Of a DNA stretch of 57,483 bases, positions 1 to 9,611 are shown piece after piece. The stretch is taken from positions 1 to 57,483 of the forward strand of contig CAYQPR010000003.1 of assembly GCA_964419925.1 (NCBI GenBank), read 5' to 3'. Every line of letters begins with the position of its first letter. Within the stretch, counting starts at the first letter, position 1. A program made the translations under genes and the position numbers. The notes under the pieces are model-generated. The model saw only the letters and a list, made by a program, of their open reading frames with translations, was not told the origin of the DNA and made no database searches. Origin of the DNA: Candidatus Woesearchaeota archaeon. GTDB lineage: Archaea > Nanobdellota > Nanobdellia > SCGC-AAA011-G17 > GW2011-AR20.

Positions 1-3
1 CTT

Positions 4-264
4 TTACAAGTTTTTCCACATTTCATCCTCTTCTTTACTAAGCCAGTCTCTTGCTAATACTTTTTCGCTAGCTAGAGCAGTCAACATGCTTTCTTTTATT
101 TTTTTTAGTGGCCTTATTTCTATTTTATCCTTAAATGCAAGAATTGCTACCTTACTGCCCTGCTTAAATCCTTCCAACATCCTAATATCCCTTGGAATTG
201 CAATTTGTCCTTTTTCAGTTATCTTAGCTGTTTTCATTTCGATTAACGACATTTTTACCCCCAT
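4..264 (-). CDS. AbrB/SpoVT-fold DNA-binding protein, probable type II antitoxin (VapB/MazE-like)
   Basis: 86-aa ORF. The motif EKGQIAIPRDIR...GSKVAILAFKDKIEIRP is typical of the SpoVT/AbrB swapped-hairpin domain. A partner toxin would lie downstream, beyond the window start. Confidence 0.65.
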   Translation of the reverse strand: MGVKMSLIEMKTAKITEKGQIAIPRDIRMLEGFKQGSKVAILAFKDKIEIRPLKKIKESMLTALASEKVLARDWLSKEEDEMWKNL

Positions 265-308
265 TCTTATTTGTAAGATAAGTAAGAATTAATATATAAA
301 TCTTTTGT

Positions 309-728
309 TTAAGCTTCTAAAATCTTATGTAATCCGACACCTTCAATAACAACTTCGTTATTCTGATTTGTACAAGTTGTCCTTACAATAACTTGCTGTC
401 TTTCATTTACTTTAACAATAATTTCAGAAATACATGTGATTGTATCTCCAACATAAACCGGAAGAATGAACCTTAAGTTTTGATCTAACCAAACAGAACC
501 TGGACCGGGCATTTTTGTTCCAACACACGAACTTATTAAACTAGAAACTAAAATACCATGTGCAATTTTATTTTTAAATTTAGCATTTTTTGCAAATTCT
601 TCATTTACATGAATTGGATTAACATCATCACAAATTGAAATAAATTTATCTAAATCTTCTTGAGTAATAATTTTAGTAATACTTCCTTTCATTCCAACAT
701 TTAATTCTGAAAATTTAACTGCTTTCAT
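309..728 (-). CDS. MaoC-like hotdog-fold (R)-specific enoyl-CoA hydratase/dehydratase
   Basis: 139 aa. MaoC signature DDVNPIHVNEEFAKNAKFKNKIAHGIL and PGPGSVWLDQNLRFILPVYVGDTI. ATGA 4-nt overlap with the upstream gene (725-728). Confidence 0.8.
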   Translation of the reverse strand: MKAVKFSELNVGMKGSITKIITQEDLDKFISICDDVNPIHVNEEFAKNAKFKNKIAHGILVSSLISSCVGTKMPGPGSVWLDQNLRFILPVYVGDTITCISEIIVKVNERQQVIVRTTCTNQNNEVVIEGVGLHKILEA

Positions 729-1582
729 TCTTTTAACCTTGAAGTATATTCATTTTTATATCTTTTTATATTTTCTTTTAAATATTTAGTTGCTTCTTCA
801 ACAAATTCTCTAGTTTTAATTAAGTGACAAATTGCTTTTCCTATTTTAACAGTTTTCATAATTTTTCTTTCTTCAAATCTTAAATCTTTATACATTCTAA
901 CTAAAAAATAAACATCCGAACAGGGTTTTTGATTGTAAATATAAATTATTGAACCTTTTGGATGATGTAGTCTAGTTCTTAATATTTTATTTCCAAATTT
1001 ATACTCTTTTATCTCTTCTAAGAACAAATTAGGAAAGTTAACATTATTTTGTACATGATGAATCATACTGTTATTTTCTGTTCCAAGCATTAAAATATAA
1101 GAATCAAGTTTAGCAAATTTCGCAAAAGGAGAATTTTTATCAAATGGTTTTTTGCTTTTAATGTGATATTTAATTAAATCACTTTCATGTTTTCCTTTTA
1201 CAGCAACAGAATGTGTTAGATGAACACTTCTTTTTGCATTTTTTCTAAACGTTTCTGCTAATTTTCCTGTCCAACAAGAATCATCCAAACTAAAATTATC
1301 TTTAGGGAAAGTAAATGTAGGCACCATTATTGTTCCATTTTTTATTACATCGTTTAAAACTTGAATTACTGAATTAGCTCCATCTTCAATGTACCCAAAT
1401 TTGCTTAAAGATGAATGAACATAAACATTCATCCCTTCTTTTAATCCTAAATCTAAAAACTTTTTTCTTAAATAATTTTTATCGATTTTAAAAAATAATT
1501 TGTTAATTAAAAGAGAGATTTTCTTATTGAAATTTTTGTATAAATGAAAAGGATACCTTAAAATATTATAAATCAATGACAT
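725..1582 (-). CDS. AAC(3)/Antibiotic_NAT-family N-acyltransferase, probably acting on an amino sugar
   Basis: 285 aa. Family core GMNVYVHSSLSKFGYIEDGANSVIQVL...GTIMVPTFTF. Translationally coupled to the MaoC gene at the edge of a glycan locus. Confidence 0.6.
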   Translation of the reverse strand: MSLIYNILRYPFHLYKNFNKKISLLINKLFFKIDKNYLRKKFLDLGLKEGMNVYVHSSLSKFGYIEDGANSVIQVLNDVIKNGTIMVPTFTFPKDNFSLDDSCWTGKLAETFRKNAKRSVHLTHSVAVKGKHESDLIKYHIKSKKPFDKNSPFAKFAKLDSYILMLGTENNSMIHHVQNNVNFPNLFLEEIKEYKFGNKILRTRLHHPKGSIIYIYNQKPCSDVYFLVRMYKDLRFEERKIMKTVKIGKAICHLIKTREFVEEATKYLKENIKRYKNEYTSRLKE

Positions 1583-1633
1583 GAAATTGAGTTATTCATA
1601 ACGTTTTTAAAACTTCGTTTCTTTGGTAAAGAC

Positions 1634-2572
1634 ATGCAAAATTTTAGTGAGTTTTATAAAAGAAAAAGAGTATTAGTAACTGGTGCAGATGGATTTATGG
1701 GAAGTCACTTGACAGAACGATTGTTAAATTATAATGCTCTAGTTTCGGTTTATGTTCATAATTCTGATTTAAAAAATATTAAAGGCAGGTTAAACAAGAT
1801 TATGGTTGGGGATATAGCTGATAAAATAACGACTGAATTAATTATTAATAACAATCCTCAAATTATTTTTCATTTAGCAGCCGATGATTACATTAAAAAT
1901 TCTATAGAAGATCAAATTAAAGTAAATAAAACAAATTTAGATGGAACATTAAATGTCTTAGAAGCTTCTAGAAAACTAAAAGAGTTAGAAAGATTAGTTT
2001 TTACATCATCTTGCGTTGTTTATGGAACAAACTTAAATCCAATGAAGGAAACCGATCCTTTTAAACCGAATACACCTTATGCAGCAAGTAAAGTAGGAGC
2101 TGATGCTTTTTGCCAATCTTACTTCAAAACTTATAATATTCCAATTTCAATAATACGTCCATTTAATACATATGGGCCAAGAAAAACAAAAGATGCTATT
2201 CCATTGTTCATTGGATTGGCTTTAAAAAATAATGAGATTGGTTTAGAAGGTGGAGGAAAAGCAACAAGGGATTTTACATATATTGATGACATGATTGATG
2301 CTTTCTTGATTATGGGAATGGATAAAAGTGCTATTGGAGAAGCTGTAAACTTTGGAACGGGAAAAGACATCCAAATTAGAGAATTAGCAGAAAAAATAAT
2401 AAAATATACAAATAGTGATTCTGTTATGATTGATAAACCTGAACGACCGGGACAAGACCCAAGATCTTGCTGTGATAATACAAAAGCTAAAAATTTATTT
2501 AATTGGCAACCTAGAATTTCAATAGATGAGGGATTAAAATCAACAATTGAATGGTATAAAAAAAATGTATAA
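1634..2572 (+). CDS. NDP-sugar epimerase/dehydratase (extended SDR)
   Basis: 312 aa. Rossmann motif VTGADGFMGSHL, catalytic YAASK, RPFNTYGPR motif. Confidence 0.85.
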   Translation: MQNFSEFYKRKRVLVTGADGFMGSHLTERLLNYNALVSVYVHNSDLKNIKGRLNKIMVGDIADKITTELIINNNPQIIFHLAADDYIKNSIEDQIKVNKTNLDGTLNVLEASRKLKELERLVFTSSCVVYGTNLNPMKETDPFKPNTPYAASKVGADAFCQSYFKTYNIPISIIRPFNTYGPRKTKDAIPLFIGLALKNNEIGLEGGGKATRDFTYIDDMIDAFLIMGMDKSAIGEAVNFGTGKDIQIRELAEKIIKYTNSDSVMIDKPERPGQDPRSCCDNTKAKNLFNWQPRISIDEGLKSTIEWYKKNV

Positions 2573-3548
2573 CTTTGAAGAATTTTACAAAAATAAGAAA
2601 ATATTAGTAACTGGTGCAGATGGATTTATGGGAAGTCATCTAACTGAAAGATTGGTTAATTATGGTGCACAAGTTACGGCTTTTGTAAGGTGGTCTGCAT
2701 TAATTACACCACATAATGTTCAATTAAAAAACATTTCACATTTAAAAGATAAAATAAAAATAATTTCAGGTGATATTGGAAGTTATGATATTATTGAAAA
2801 CATAAGAAAAGAAAAACCAGAAATAATTTTTCATTTGGCAGCTGAAGCTTATGTGAATAAATCTTTTGATCAACCAAGAGAAGTAATCGATGCAAATGTT
2901 ACAGGAACATTAAATGTTTTACAAGCTTGCCTAGATGAGAATATGAAACCTCAAGAATTTATAAAACGAATTGTTTTAACTTCATCAAGTGAAATATATG
3001 GAACCTACGACTCTCCGATAAATGAAAGTTTTGAAATGAAGCCGAGTTCTCCTTATGGAGCAAGTAAAGCAGCTGCAGATAGATTAGCATATTCATACTA
3101 TAATACTTACAATTTACCAATTGCAATAATACGTCCATTTAATACATATGGGCCAAGACATACTTATGATGCACCTCCAAGATTTATTGATTTAGCATTA
3201 AAAGAAAAAGATATAACCGTTTATGGAGATGGAGAACAATCAAGAGATTTAAGTTACGTTGATGACACGGTTGATGGATTTTTAATTATGGGCGTGAATG
3301 AAAAAGCAATTGGAGAAGCTGTAAATTTTGGAACAGGAAAAGATACAAAAATAATAGATTTAGCTAAAAAAATTATTGAAATCTCGGGAAGTAAATCTAA
3401 GATCATTCATTTATCACCTAGGCCATCTGAAGTGCAAAGATTATGCTGTGATAATACAAAAGCTAAAAATTTATTTAACTGGCAACCTAAAGTTTCAATA
3501 GATGAAGGATTAAGAAAAAATGTTGAATGGGCTAAACAAAATAGATGA
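2565..3548 (+). CDS. NDP-sugar epimerase/dehydratase (extended SDR), tandem paralog of the upstream gene
   Basis: The ORF track starts at TTG 2547. ATG 2565 gives MYNFEEFYKNKKILVTGADGFMGSHL, colinear with the paralog N-terminus MQNFSEFYKRKRVLVTGADGFMGSHL. Also has YGASK and RPFNTYGPR. 8-nt overlap with the upstream stop. Confidence 0.85.
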   Translation: MYNFEEFYKNKKILVTGADGFMGSHLTERLVNYGAQVTAFVRWSALITPHNVQLKNISHLKDKIKIISGDIGSYDIIENIRKEKPEIIFHLAAEAYVNKSFDQPREVIDANVTGTLNVLQACLDENMKPQEFIKRIVLTSSSEIYGTYDSPINESFEMKPSSPYGASKAAADRLAYSYYNTYNLPIAIIRPFNTYGPRHTYDAPPRFIDLALKEKDITVYGDGEQSRDLSYVDDTVDGFLIMGVNEKAIGEAVNFGTGKDTKIIDLAKKIIEISGSKSKIIHLSPRPSEVQRLCCDNTKAKNLFNWQPKVSIDEGLRKNVEWAKQNR

Positions 3549-4762
3549 CCATGTTAAATTTAATTTTTGCTAAAGAAAGAAATAAAGATTTGGATAATTG
3601 TATTTATAACGCAAAAAATTGGCTTTTAAACTCAGGGATACAAAACATTGGCGGAGAAAGTCCAGTTAAAGGCGGATTTAATGCTTGGTATACCTTAGAT
3701 GATGAAAACTACTTTTATACTTATTCTGAAATTACTGGATATGCTCTAACAACGCTACTTTATTTATATGACTTAAAAAAAGAAGAAATTTTATTAGACA
3801 AAGCTAAACTAGGTGCAAAGTGGTTGGTTGAAAAAGCATTGCATAATCTTGGAGCTGTAAGAACAAGATATTATTATGATGAAAAAAATGCCGATAAAAG
3901 ATATTCTTTTAGTGGGAATATTGTTAAATCTTTTGATAATGGAATTGTTTTAAGTGGACTAAGCAACTTATACCAATTTAGTAGCGAAGAAAATTACTAT
4001 TTAGTTTCTAAAAAAATTGCAGATTTGTTATTAAAAATGCAAAAGAAAGACGGTTTAATTTATCCAGATTATGATTTAAATAATAAAAGATTATTAGAAA
4101 ACGATGAAAAATGGTCATCTCAATCTGGAAGTTTTCATGTTAAAATTATTTTAGGATTGATTAATTTTTCAAAATATAGTAATGATAAAAAATACGAAGA
4201 GGCAGCTAAAAAATTATGTGATAAAATTTTAGATTTTCAAAAAGAAGATGGAAGATTTGTAACTTTTAAAGAAGGGAATACACATTTACATCCACACTCT
4301 TATTCTGCAGAGGGGTTATTATTTGCTGGATGGTACTTTAAAGATAAAAAATATTTAGATGCTGCATTAAATGCAACTAAGTGGTCATTAAATTCTCAAA
4401 TGGAAAATGGTGGGATTCCGTGTTTATATGTGAATGAAAAATTTGTAGAATTTGAAAGGGCAGATATCTTAGCTCAAACATTGAGGTTAGGAGTTATATT
4501 CTCAAATATGGGTTTGCTAAATAAAAATTATAAGAAAAAAATTGATAAACTTGCTAAGAGATTAATGAAATTTCAGTATAAAAAAGAAGGAACACAAAAG
4601 GGTGGATTCTTTTATGGATATGATGTTGATTATAAAACATTAAAAGAAAAAAGAACAAATCATTTGAATTCTTGGGTTACAATGTTTGCTTTACAATCAT
4701 TAATTATGTATAAACAATATAAGGAAAATAGATTAAAGGTTAATTTAAGATTATTTGTATAA
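3545..4762 (+). CDS. (alpha/alpha)6-toroid repeat protein (prenyltransferase/squalene-cyclase-like or AGE-like sugar epimerase fold); function unknown
   Basis: 405 aa. Six spaced repeats of the type A-x-x-W/L-L-x-x-x-Q-x-x-D/N-G-G/R-F/I: AKNWLLNSGIQN..GGF, GAKWLVEKALHNLGAV, IADLLLKMQKKDGLI, LCDKILDFQKEDGRF, ATKWSLNSQMENGGI, LAKRLMKFQYKKEG..GGF. ATGA overlap with the upstream SDR gene. Confidence 0.35.
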   Translation: MTMLNLIFAKERNKDLDNCIYNAKNWLLNSGIQNIGGESPVKGGFNAWYTLDDENYFYTYSEITGYALTTLLYLYDLKKEEILLDKAKLGAKWLVEKALHNLGAVRTRYYYDEKNADKRYSFSGNIVKSFDNGIVLSGLSNLYQFSSEENYYLVSKKIADLLLKMQKKDGLIYPDYDLNNKRLLENDEKWSSQSGSFHVKIILGLINFSKYSNDKKYEEAAKKLCDKILDFQKEDGRFVTFKEGNTHLHPHSYSAEGLLFAGWYFKDKKYLDAALNATKWSLNSQMENGGIPCLYVNEKFVEFERADILAQTLRLGVIFSNMGLLNKNYKKKIDKLAKRLMKFQYKKEGTQKGGFFYGYDVDYKTLKEKRTNHLNSWVTMFALQSLIMYKQYKENRLKVNLRLFV

Positions 4763-4796
4763 ATAATTTTAAATAACTATCTATTGATTAAATCTT

Positions 4797-5831
4797 ATGA
4801 AAGTTTTAATGAATACAATGCCAACCTCTTTCCAAGCAATTGGAGGCGGGGGAATGGTTGCACTAAAAACAGCAGAATACTTAGAAAAAGAAGGAATTAA
4901 TGTTAAATTATTTGATTATTGGAAAGATAAAATTTCAGATTATGATATTTTACATAATGTTGGAACGGCAAGTGTTTGTTACGATGTTATCAATTCAGCT
5001 TATTCTCAAAAAGTTCCAGTTGCATTAACAACAATCTATGATTTTCATAGCATCCCTTATATTCTAAAAAGTGCAATTCCTATTAAAACAAAGACTAAGC
5101 AAATTGCTTATAATTTATTGAATAAATATTTTCAAAATTTTTCAAAGGTTAAAAAGATGTTAAATCAAAGTAGCATTTTATTTCCGGATACTTGGATGGA
5201 AGGAAATTTTCTAATTAAAAATTTTAAAGTTTCAAAAGAAAAAATATTTCCAGTTCCCCATGGGGTCGATGAAAGATTTATGTATGCAAAACCAAGTTTA
5301 TTTTATAAAAAATATGGATTAAAAGATTTTATTTTATACGTCGGAAGGATAGATATAAGAAAAAATGTTTTGAACTTAATAAGATCATTAAAAAATACTG
5401 AAATAGATTTAGTTATTATTGGAAAAGCTGAACCAGATCAACAATTATACTTTGAAAAATGTAAAAGAGAGGCAACAAAAAAAGTACATTTTCTTGGACA
5501 AATGCCGCATGAATCTAAATTATTAGAATCAGCTTATGCTACTGCAAAAGTTGTTACATTACCTGCTGATTATGAAACTCCTGGATTGGTAGGGTTAGAA
5601 GCAGGGCTAGCTGGTGCAAATGTTGTTATAACAGAAAGAGGGAGTACAAAAGATTATTATGCAAATCACGCTTTTTATGTAAATCCTGAAGATATAAATG
5701 ATATTAGAAATAAACTATTAAAAGCATATAAGACTGAAAAAAGTAACGATTTAAGAGAGCATGTTAAGAAAAATTTCTTGTGGGATAAGGTAGCTAAAAA
5801 AACAATAGAAGGTTATAAAAAGATTCTATAG
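4797..5831 (+). CDS. GT-B glycosyltransferase (GT4/GT1-like)
   Basis: 344 aa. C-terminal EX7E-type motif ETPGLVGLEAGLAGANVV and typical GT4 length and architecture. Confidence 0.75.
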   Translation: MKVLMNTMPTSFQAIGGGGMVALKTAEYLEKEGINVKLFDYWKDKISDYDILHNVGTASVCYDVINSAYSQKVPVALTTIYDFHSIPYILKSAIPIKTKTKQIAYNLLNKYFQNFSKVKKMLNQSSILFPDTWMEGNFLIKNFKVSKEKIFPVPHGVDERFMYAKPSLFYKKYGLKDFILYVGRIDIRKNVLNLIRSLKNTEIDLVIIGKAEPDQQLYFEKCKREATKKVHFLGQMPHESKLLESAYATAKVVTLPADYETPGLVGLEAGLAGANVVITERGSTKDYYANHAFYVNPEDINDIRNKLLKAYKTEKSNDLREHVKKNFLWDKVAKKTIEGYKKIL

Positions 5832-6761
5832 ATTACTCTCAAACCATTTATAAGTCAGTCTAAGGCCTTCATCTATTGAAACTTTCGGTTCCCAACCGAG
5901 AATTTTTTTGGCTTTTTCAGAATTTAAATAATTAATCAAAACATCTCCTACTTTTTTTTTCACATGAGTTGTTTTTCCTTTGGAGTTTGTTATAGTCTTT
6001 AATTTTTTATAAATCTCATTAACACTTATTGGAACTCCAGTTCCAATATTGATAAAATCATTTTTTCCTTTATGTAATGCAAAATTATTTGCTGCTACAA
6101 CATCATTAATAAAGATATAATCTCTGATTTGTTCACCATCTCCATAAATTGTAACATTATTACCCTTAATCAATAAAGAAAGAAAAACAGAAACAACCCC
6201 TGCTTCCCCATATGGATTTTGTCTCGGACCATAGACATTTGGATATCTCAAAGAGACAAATTTTAATCCATAATTCCTGTTAAAATAGGATAAATAATCT
6301 TCACAAAATTTCTTTGACATCCCATATGGTGAATTTGGTTTTCTTTCAAATTCTTCTTTAATAGGATAAATTTTTTGATCTCCATAAACTGCTCCACCGG
6401 AGGATGCAAATATGATTTTTTTTATATTATATTTAAGACAATTTTCTAAAATATTTAATGTTCCAAGAATATTAATTTTAGAGTCGTACAAAGGATCTTC
6501 TACAGAACGCCTTACATTCATTTGAGCGGCATGATGATTAACAACATCAAAATTTTCTTTTTCAAATATTTTTTCTAATTTTTTATCTAAAATATCTAAA
6601 TAATAAAATCTTGCTTTTTTATTGATAAACTCCTTTTTACCACTTGATAAATTGTCTAAAATAACAACATCGTGACCGCTATCTATATAAGAGTCTACGA
6701 TCTGACTTCCTATAAAACCAGCCCCACCAGTTACTAATATTTTCATTTTTGTGTACTCCAA
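5826..6761 (-). CDS. UDP-hexose 4-epimerase-like SDR (GalE-like)
   Basis: 311 aa. KILVTGGAGFIGS Rossmann motif, catalytic YGMSK, GalE-like NLSSGK after the first beta-alpha-beta unit. Confidence 0.8.
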   Translation of the reverse strand: MEYTKMKILVTGGAGFIGSQIVDSYIDSGHDVVILDNLSSGKKEFINKKARFYYLDILDKKLEKIFEKENFDVVNHHAAQMNVRRSVEDPLYDSKINILGTLNILENCLKYNIKKIIFASSGGAVYGDQKIYPIKEEFERKPNSPYGMSKKFCEDYLSYFNRNYGLKFVSLRYPNVYGPRQNPYGEAGVVSVFLSLLIKGNNVTIYGDGEQIRDYIFINDVVAANNFALHKGKNDFINIGTGVPISVNEIYKKLKTITNSKGKTTHVKKKVGDVLINYLNSEKAKKILGWEPKVSIDEGLRLTYKWFESNL

Positions 6762-6779
6762 TTCAAAAATATAGACATT

Positions 6780-7742
6780 TTAAAATGTTTGCTTATTTGT
6801 CAGGAACCCTTTCCAAAAACCAAATAGGCTAATAATATCTTTAATTATCTTAAAAAATGGAACTAAAATAAGTCTAATATCTTTATTGTATTTAGAGCTT
6901 AAAAAAGTGTAATAGCCTGATGCAGTTAATATAAAAAATAAGGAGATATATCTTAAATAGGGCACAAAAAGTCCAATGTATAATATTGTTGAAGTTATTG
7001 GATTCCAAAAACTCCAATATATAGTATCTACAAAACCATATCTTCTAAATATTACACCAGCTGCTTCTGTTAAAGGTAATGATTTTTTAAATATTTGTTG
7101 TTTAGCTGTTAATCCATAAAATCCGTGGTAATGTAATAACTTAGTTTCAGTGTTAACCAGTTTATATCCGTTTTTTAAAATATTTAAACGCATATCAGTA
7201 TCTGCACCCATTTTATAGCTTTCATCATATAACCCCAATTTGTCAAAAATTACCTTTTTAAACATAACTGGCTTTCCTTCTTTTATCTTCCCTTTAGATT
7301 CTTTATAAAATACGGGAGAAAGAACCACCTTATCCCAAAATTTATATTCTTTCCAGGTATTCCTTGGTAATATTATGTTTGTTCCAACCATCCCCACATT
7401 TTTTGATGAGTTCAATGCGTCAACCATTTTTTTTAACCATTTTTTTGAATCCAAAATATAATCACATAAGATAATACAAATTATTTCATAATTAGCAGTT
7501 CTTATTCCTTTATTTGTGCTTCTAACTTCACCTAAATTTTTTTTGTTTTTTATTAATCTTATTTTTTTCTTATACCTTTCTAGAACATTTAAACTATTAT
7601 CTTTAGATAAATCATCTACAATAATAATTTCTTTTTTTCCACCTTCATAAATTTGATTAAGTATGGAATTTATAACTAGACTAATCGTTTTTTCCCCGTT
7701 ATAATTTGGGATTATAAAAGAAACATTTTTCATCATTTTCAT
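6780..7742 (-). CDS. GT2 (GT-A fold) glycosyltransferase with C-terminal membrane helices
   Basis: 320 aa. SFIIPNYNGEKTI and VDDLSKDNS motifs. Hydrophobic C-terminal third. TTTATAAA at 7772-7779, about 30 nt upstream of the start. Confidence 0.8.
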   Translation of the reverse strand: MKMMKNVSFIIPNYNGEKTISLVINSILNQIYEGGKKEIIIVDDLSKDNSLNVLERYKKKIRLIKNKKNLGEVRSTNKGIRTANYEIICIILCDYILDSKKWLKKMVDALNSSKNVGMVGTNIILPRNTWKEYKFWDKVVLSPVFYKESKGKIKEGKPVMFKKVIFDKLGLYDESYKMGADTDMRLNILKNGYKLVNTETKLLHYHGFYGLTAKQQIFKKSLPLTEAAGVIFRRYGFVDTIYWSFWNPITSTILYIGLFVPYLRYISLFFILTASGYYTFLSSKYNKDIRLILVPFFKIIKDIISLFGFWKGFLTNKQTF

Positions 7743-7821
7743 TAACCCATATTTGGTTTAAAATATAATTCTTTATAAACTTTTTTAAGCATACTTTTAA
7801 TTAAATTTATGTTCAATCAAT

Positions 7822-8073
7822 TTAAATAAGTGGAGCTGAAACGGGCCTAAAATCGGACATTAGCTTTATTTCTAAATTAGATAACCCATATCTTTCAATG
7901 AGATTTCTTTTTTTATCGTCTATTTTTTCATAATTTTTTGATGCAATAAGATAATAATACAAGTTCCTAATAAATTGAAATTTAATATTTTCGCTTTCTA
8001 TTTTGATATAATACACTTTTTTCAGAAGTCCGCCATCCTTGCTATTTATATAGTTATTATTTGATGTTCTCAT
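7822..8073 (-). CDS. Hypothetical small protein
   Basis: 83-aa ORF with no recognisable motif. Fills the only gap here and shares a centrally placed TATA-like box with the divergent gene at 8127. Confidence 0.3.
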   Translation of the reverse strand: MRTSNNNYINSKDGGLLKKVYYIKIESENIKFQFIRNLYYYLIASKNYEKIDDKKRNLIERYGLSNLEIKLMSDFRPVSAPLI

Positions 8074-8095
8074 ATTCTTTTATATTTTAAATAAA

Positions 8096-8104
8096 CTTAT
8101 AAAA
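8096..8104. promoter_or_regulatory. Single TATA-like box (CTTATAAAA) centred between two divergent starts
   Basis: The 53-nt spacer between starts 8073 (-) and 8127 (+) has this box at its midpoint, about 23-31 nt from either start. Confidence 0.4.
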
Positions 8105-8126
8105 TTAACGTTATTTAAAGGGTTGT

Positions 8127-9611
8127 ATGAAAAAAGTTTTCATTATGGGTATAGATGGTGGAAGTTTAGATTTGATTAAAAAGTGGAAAGAGGATCTTCC
8201 AAATTTCTCTAAAATAATTAGAAACGGAACAAGTGGTTATTTACATACTATTATTCCAATGTTAACTCTCCCGGCTTGGACATCTTTTTCTACTGGAAAG
8301 AATCCAGGTAAACACAATATCTTTGACTTTTTTAAATTTAAAAATTATAATAAAGAATTAGTAAGGTCTAATGATAGAAAAACAGGAGCAATCTGGGATA
8401 TCCTTTCTAATCACGATAAAAGGTCGGTTATTTTAAATCTACCTGCAACTTACCCCCCTCAACCATTTAATGGTATAATGATATGTGGGGGGGATACTCC
8501 ATCTTTAAAATATGATTTTACTTATCCAAAAGATTTCAAGGATAAAATTCTAAGTTTATTTCCGGATTATAAAACGGGAATTGATTGGAACAACCTAGAA
8601 TACAAGAGATATGATAAATTCTTAGATGATTTATATAAAATAACTGAAGATTATAAAAATCTAATTATGTTTCTAATGAAAAATGAACAATGGGATTTAT
8701 TTGTTACAGTTTTTGAGGATATAGATAGGCTACAACATTATTTCTGGAAGTATATGGATACAAATCATCCCCATTATGTAAAAGAAAATAAATATGAAAA
8801 TGCGATAAAGGATTATTATAAAAGGTTAGATAAAATTATTGGAGAGATTATAGAAAAAATAGATGAAAACACAATCTTTTTTATAGTCTCTGATCATGGA
8901 TTCGGTCCACTTTATAAACAGGTTTTTATCAATAATTTCTTATTAGAAAAGGGATTTTTGAAATTAAGAGAGAACAACAAAAAAAACATTAATTTGAGAT
9001 CAATTTTAATAAAAATAGTTTATTCTCTAAGAATAAAACATCTAATTCCTAGATTACCAAGCAAATTCAGATACAACCTAAAAAAAATAATTCCATCAAA
9101 TTTACCAAACATTACAGAGATTGATTGGGGTAATACAAAAGCATATTTTGATTCTTATTCCGGACAACATATTTTAATAAATCTAATTGGTAGAGAATCG
9201 AACGGTTTTTTAAAAGAGGAAGAATATAATCAATTTATAGAGAATCTAAAACTAGAATTGCTTAAATTGGAAGATAATGGGAAAAAAATAATAAAAAAAG
9301 TTTATACTTCTAAAGAATTATATAATGGGGGGTATATTAAAAACGCACCAGATATATTTATAGTTACGGAAGAAGGGTATATCCTTAGTGAGGGATTTGG
9401 AGAAAAATTGATTAGTTATTTTGATGAAAATACAAATTATAGATCTGGTGAGCATAGAGATAATGGAATCTTATTTATAAAGGGAGAAGAAATAAAAAAA
9501 GGTTGTGAAATTGAAGCTAATCTTTTAGACATTGTTCCAACCATATTACATATTCTTGAAATTGCTCCACCTGAAGATTTAGATGGAAAAATTATTGATT
9601 GTTTTAATTAG
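8127..9611 (+). CDS. Alkaline-phosphatase-superfamily type I phosphodiesterase/nucleotide pyrophosphatase-like enzyme
   Basis: 494 aa. MGIDGGS N-terminus, nucleophile region [25 protein letters not shown], metal-ligand motif VSDHGFGP. Confidence 0.7.
   Translation: MKKVFIMGIDGGSLDLIKKWKEDLPNFSKIIRNGTSGYLHTIIPMLTLPAWTSFSTGKNPGKHNIFDFFKFKNYNKELVRSNDRKTGAIWDILSNHDKRSVILNLPATYPPQPFNGIMICGGDTPSLKYDFTYPKDFKDKILSLFPDYKTGIDWNNLEYKRYDKFLDDLYKITEDYKNLIMFLMKNEQWDLFVTVFEDIDRLQHYFWKYMDTNHPHYVKENKYENAIKDYYKRLDKIIGEIIEKIDENTIFFIVSDHGFGPLYKQVFINNFLLEKGFLKLRENNKKNINLRSILIKIVYSLRIKHLIPRLPSKFRYNLKKIIPSNLPNITEIDWGNTKAYFDSYSGQHILINLIGRESNGFLKEEEYNQFIENLKLELLKLEDNGKKIIKKVYTSKELYNGGYIKNAPDIFIVTEEGYILSEGFGEKLISYFDENTNYRSGEHRDNGILFIKGEEIKKGCEIEANLLDIVPTILHILEIAPPEDLDGKIIDCFN

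Noticed and set aside
86-292. Numerous 60-216-aa ORFs antisense to, or out of frame with, well-supported genes: 86-292, 2131-2370, 9647-10150, 10212-10406, 11097-11333, 12861-13073, 14281-14505, 15691-15942, 16540-16737, 18867-19097, 23486-23710, 25791-26120, 26117-26395, 27071-27334, 27662-27853, 30383-30592, 30748-30933, 33244-33510, 33849-34169, 33908-34099, 36237-36593, 37921-38109, 38594-38803, 40148-40553 (three ORFs), 43114-43470, 43889-44125, 46847-47044, 50774-51010 and 52703-53116.
   Set aside because: Each lies inside a gene with clear family motifs on the other strand or in another frame. Their translations are low-complexity (Ile/Leu/Phe/Ser/Lys-rich) with no motifs. Long shadow ORFs are expected by chance in AT-rich DNA with few stop codons on the antisense strand.
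725-1582. An aminoglycoside 3-N-acetyltransferase resistance gene.
   Set aside because: It is translationally coupled to a MaoC hydratase at the edge of an amino-sugar locus, and there is no mobile-element context. The family is also used for sugar N-acylation. Resistance is not excluded, but it is the less parsimonious reading.
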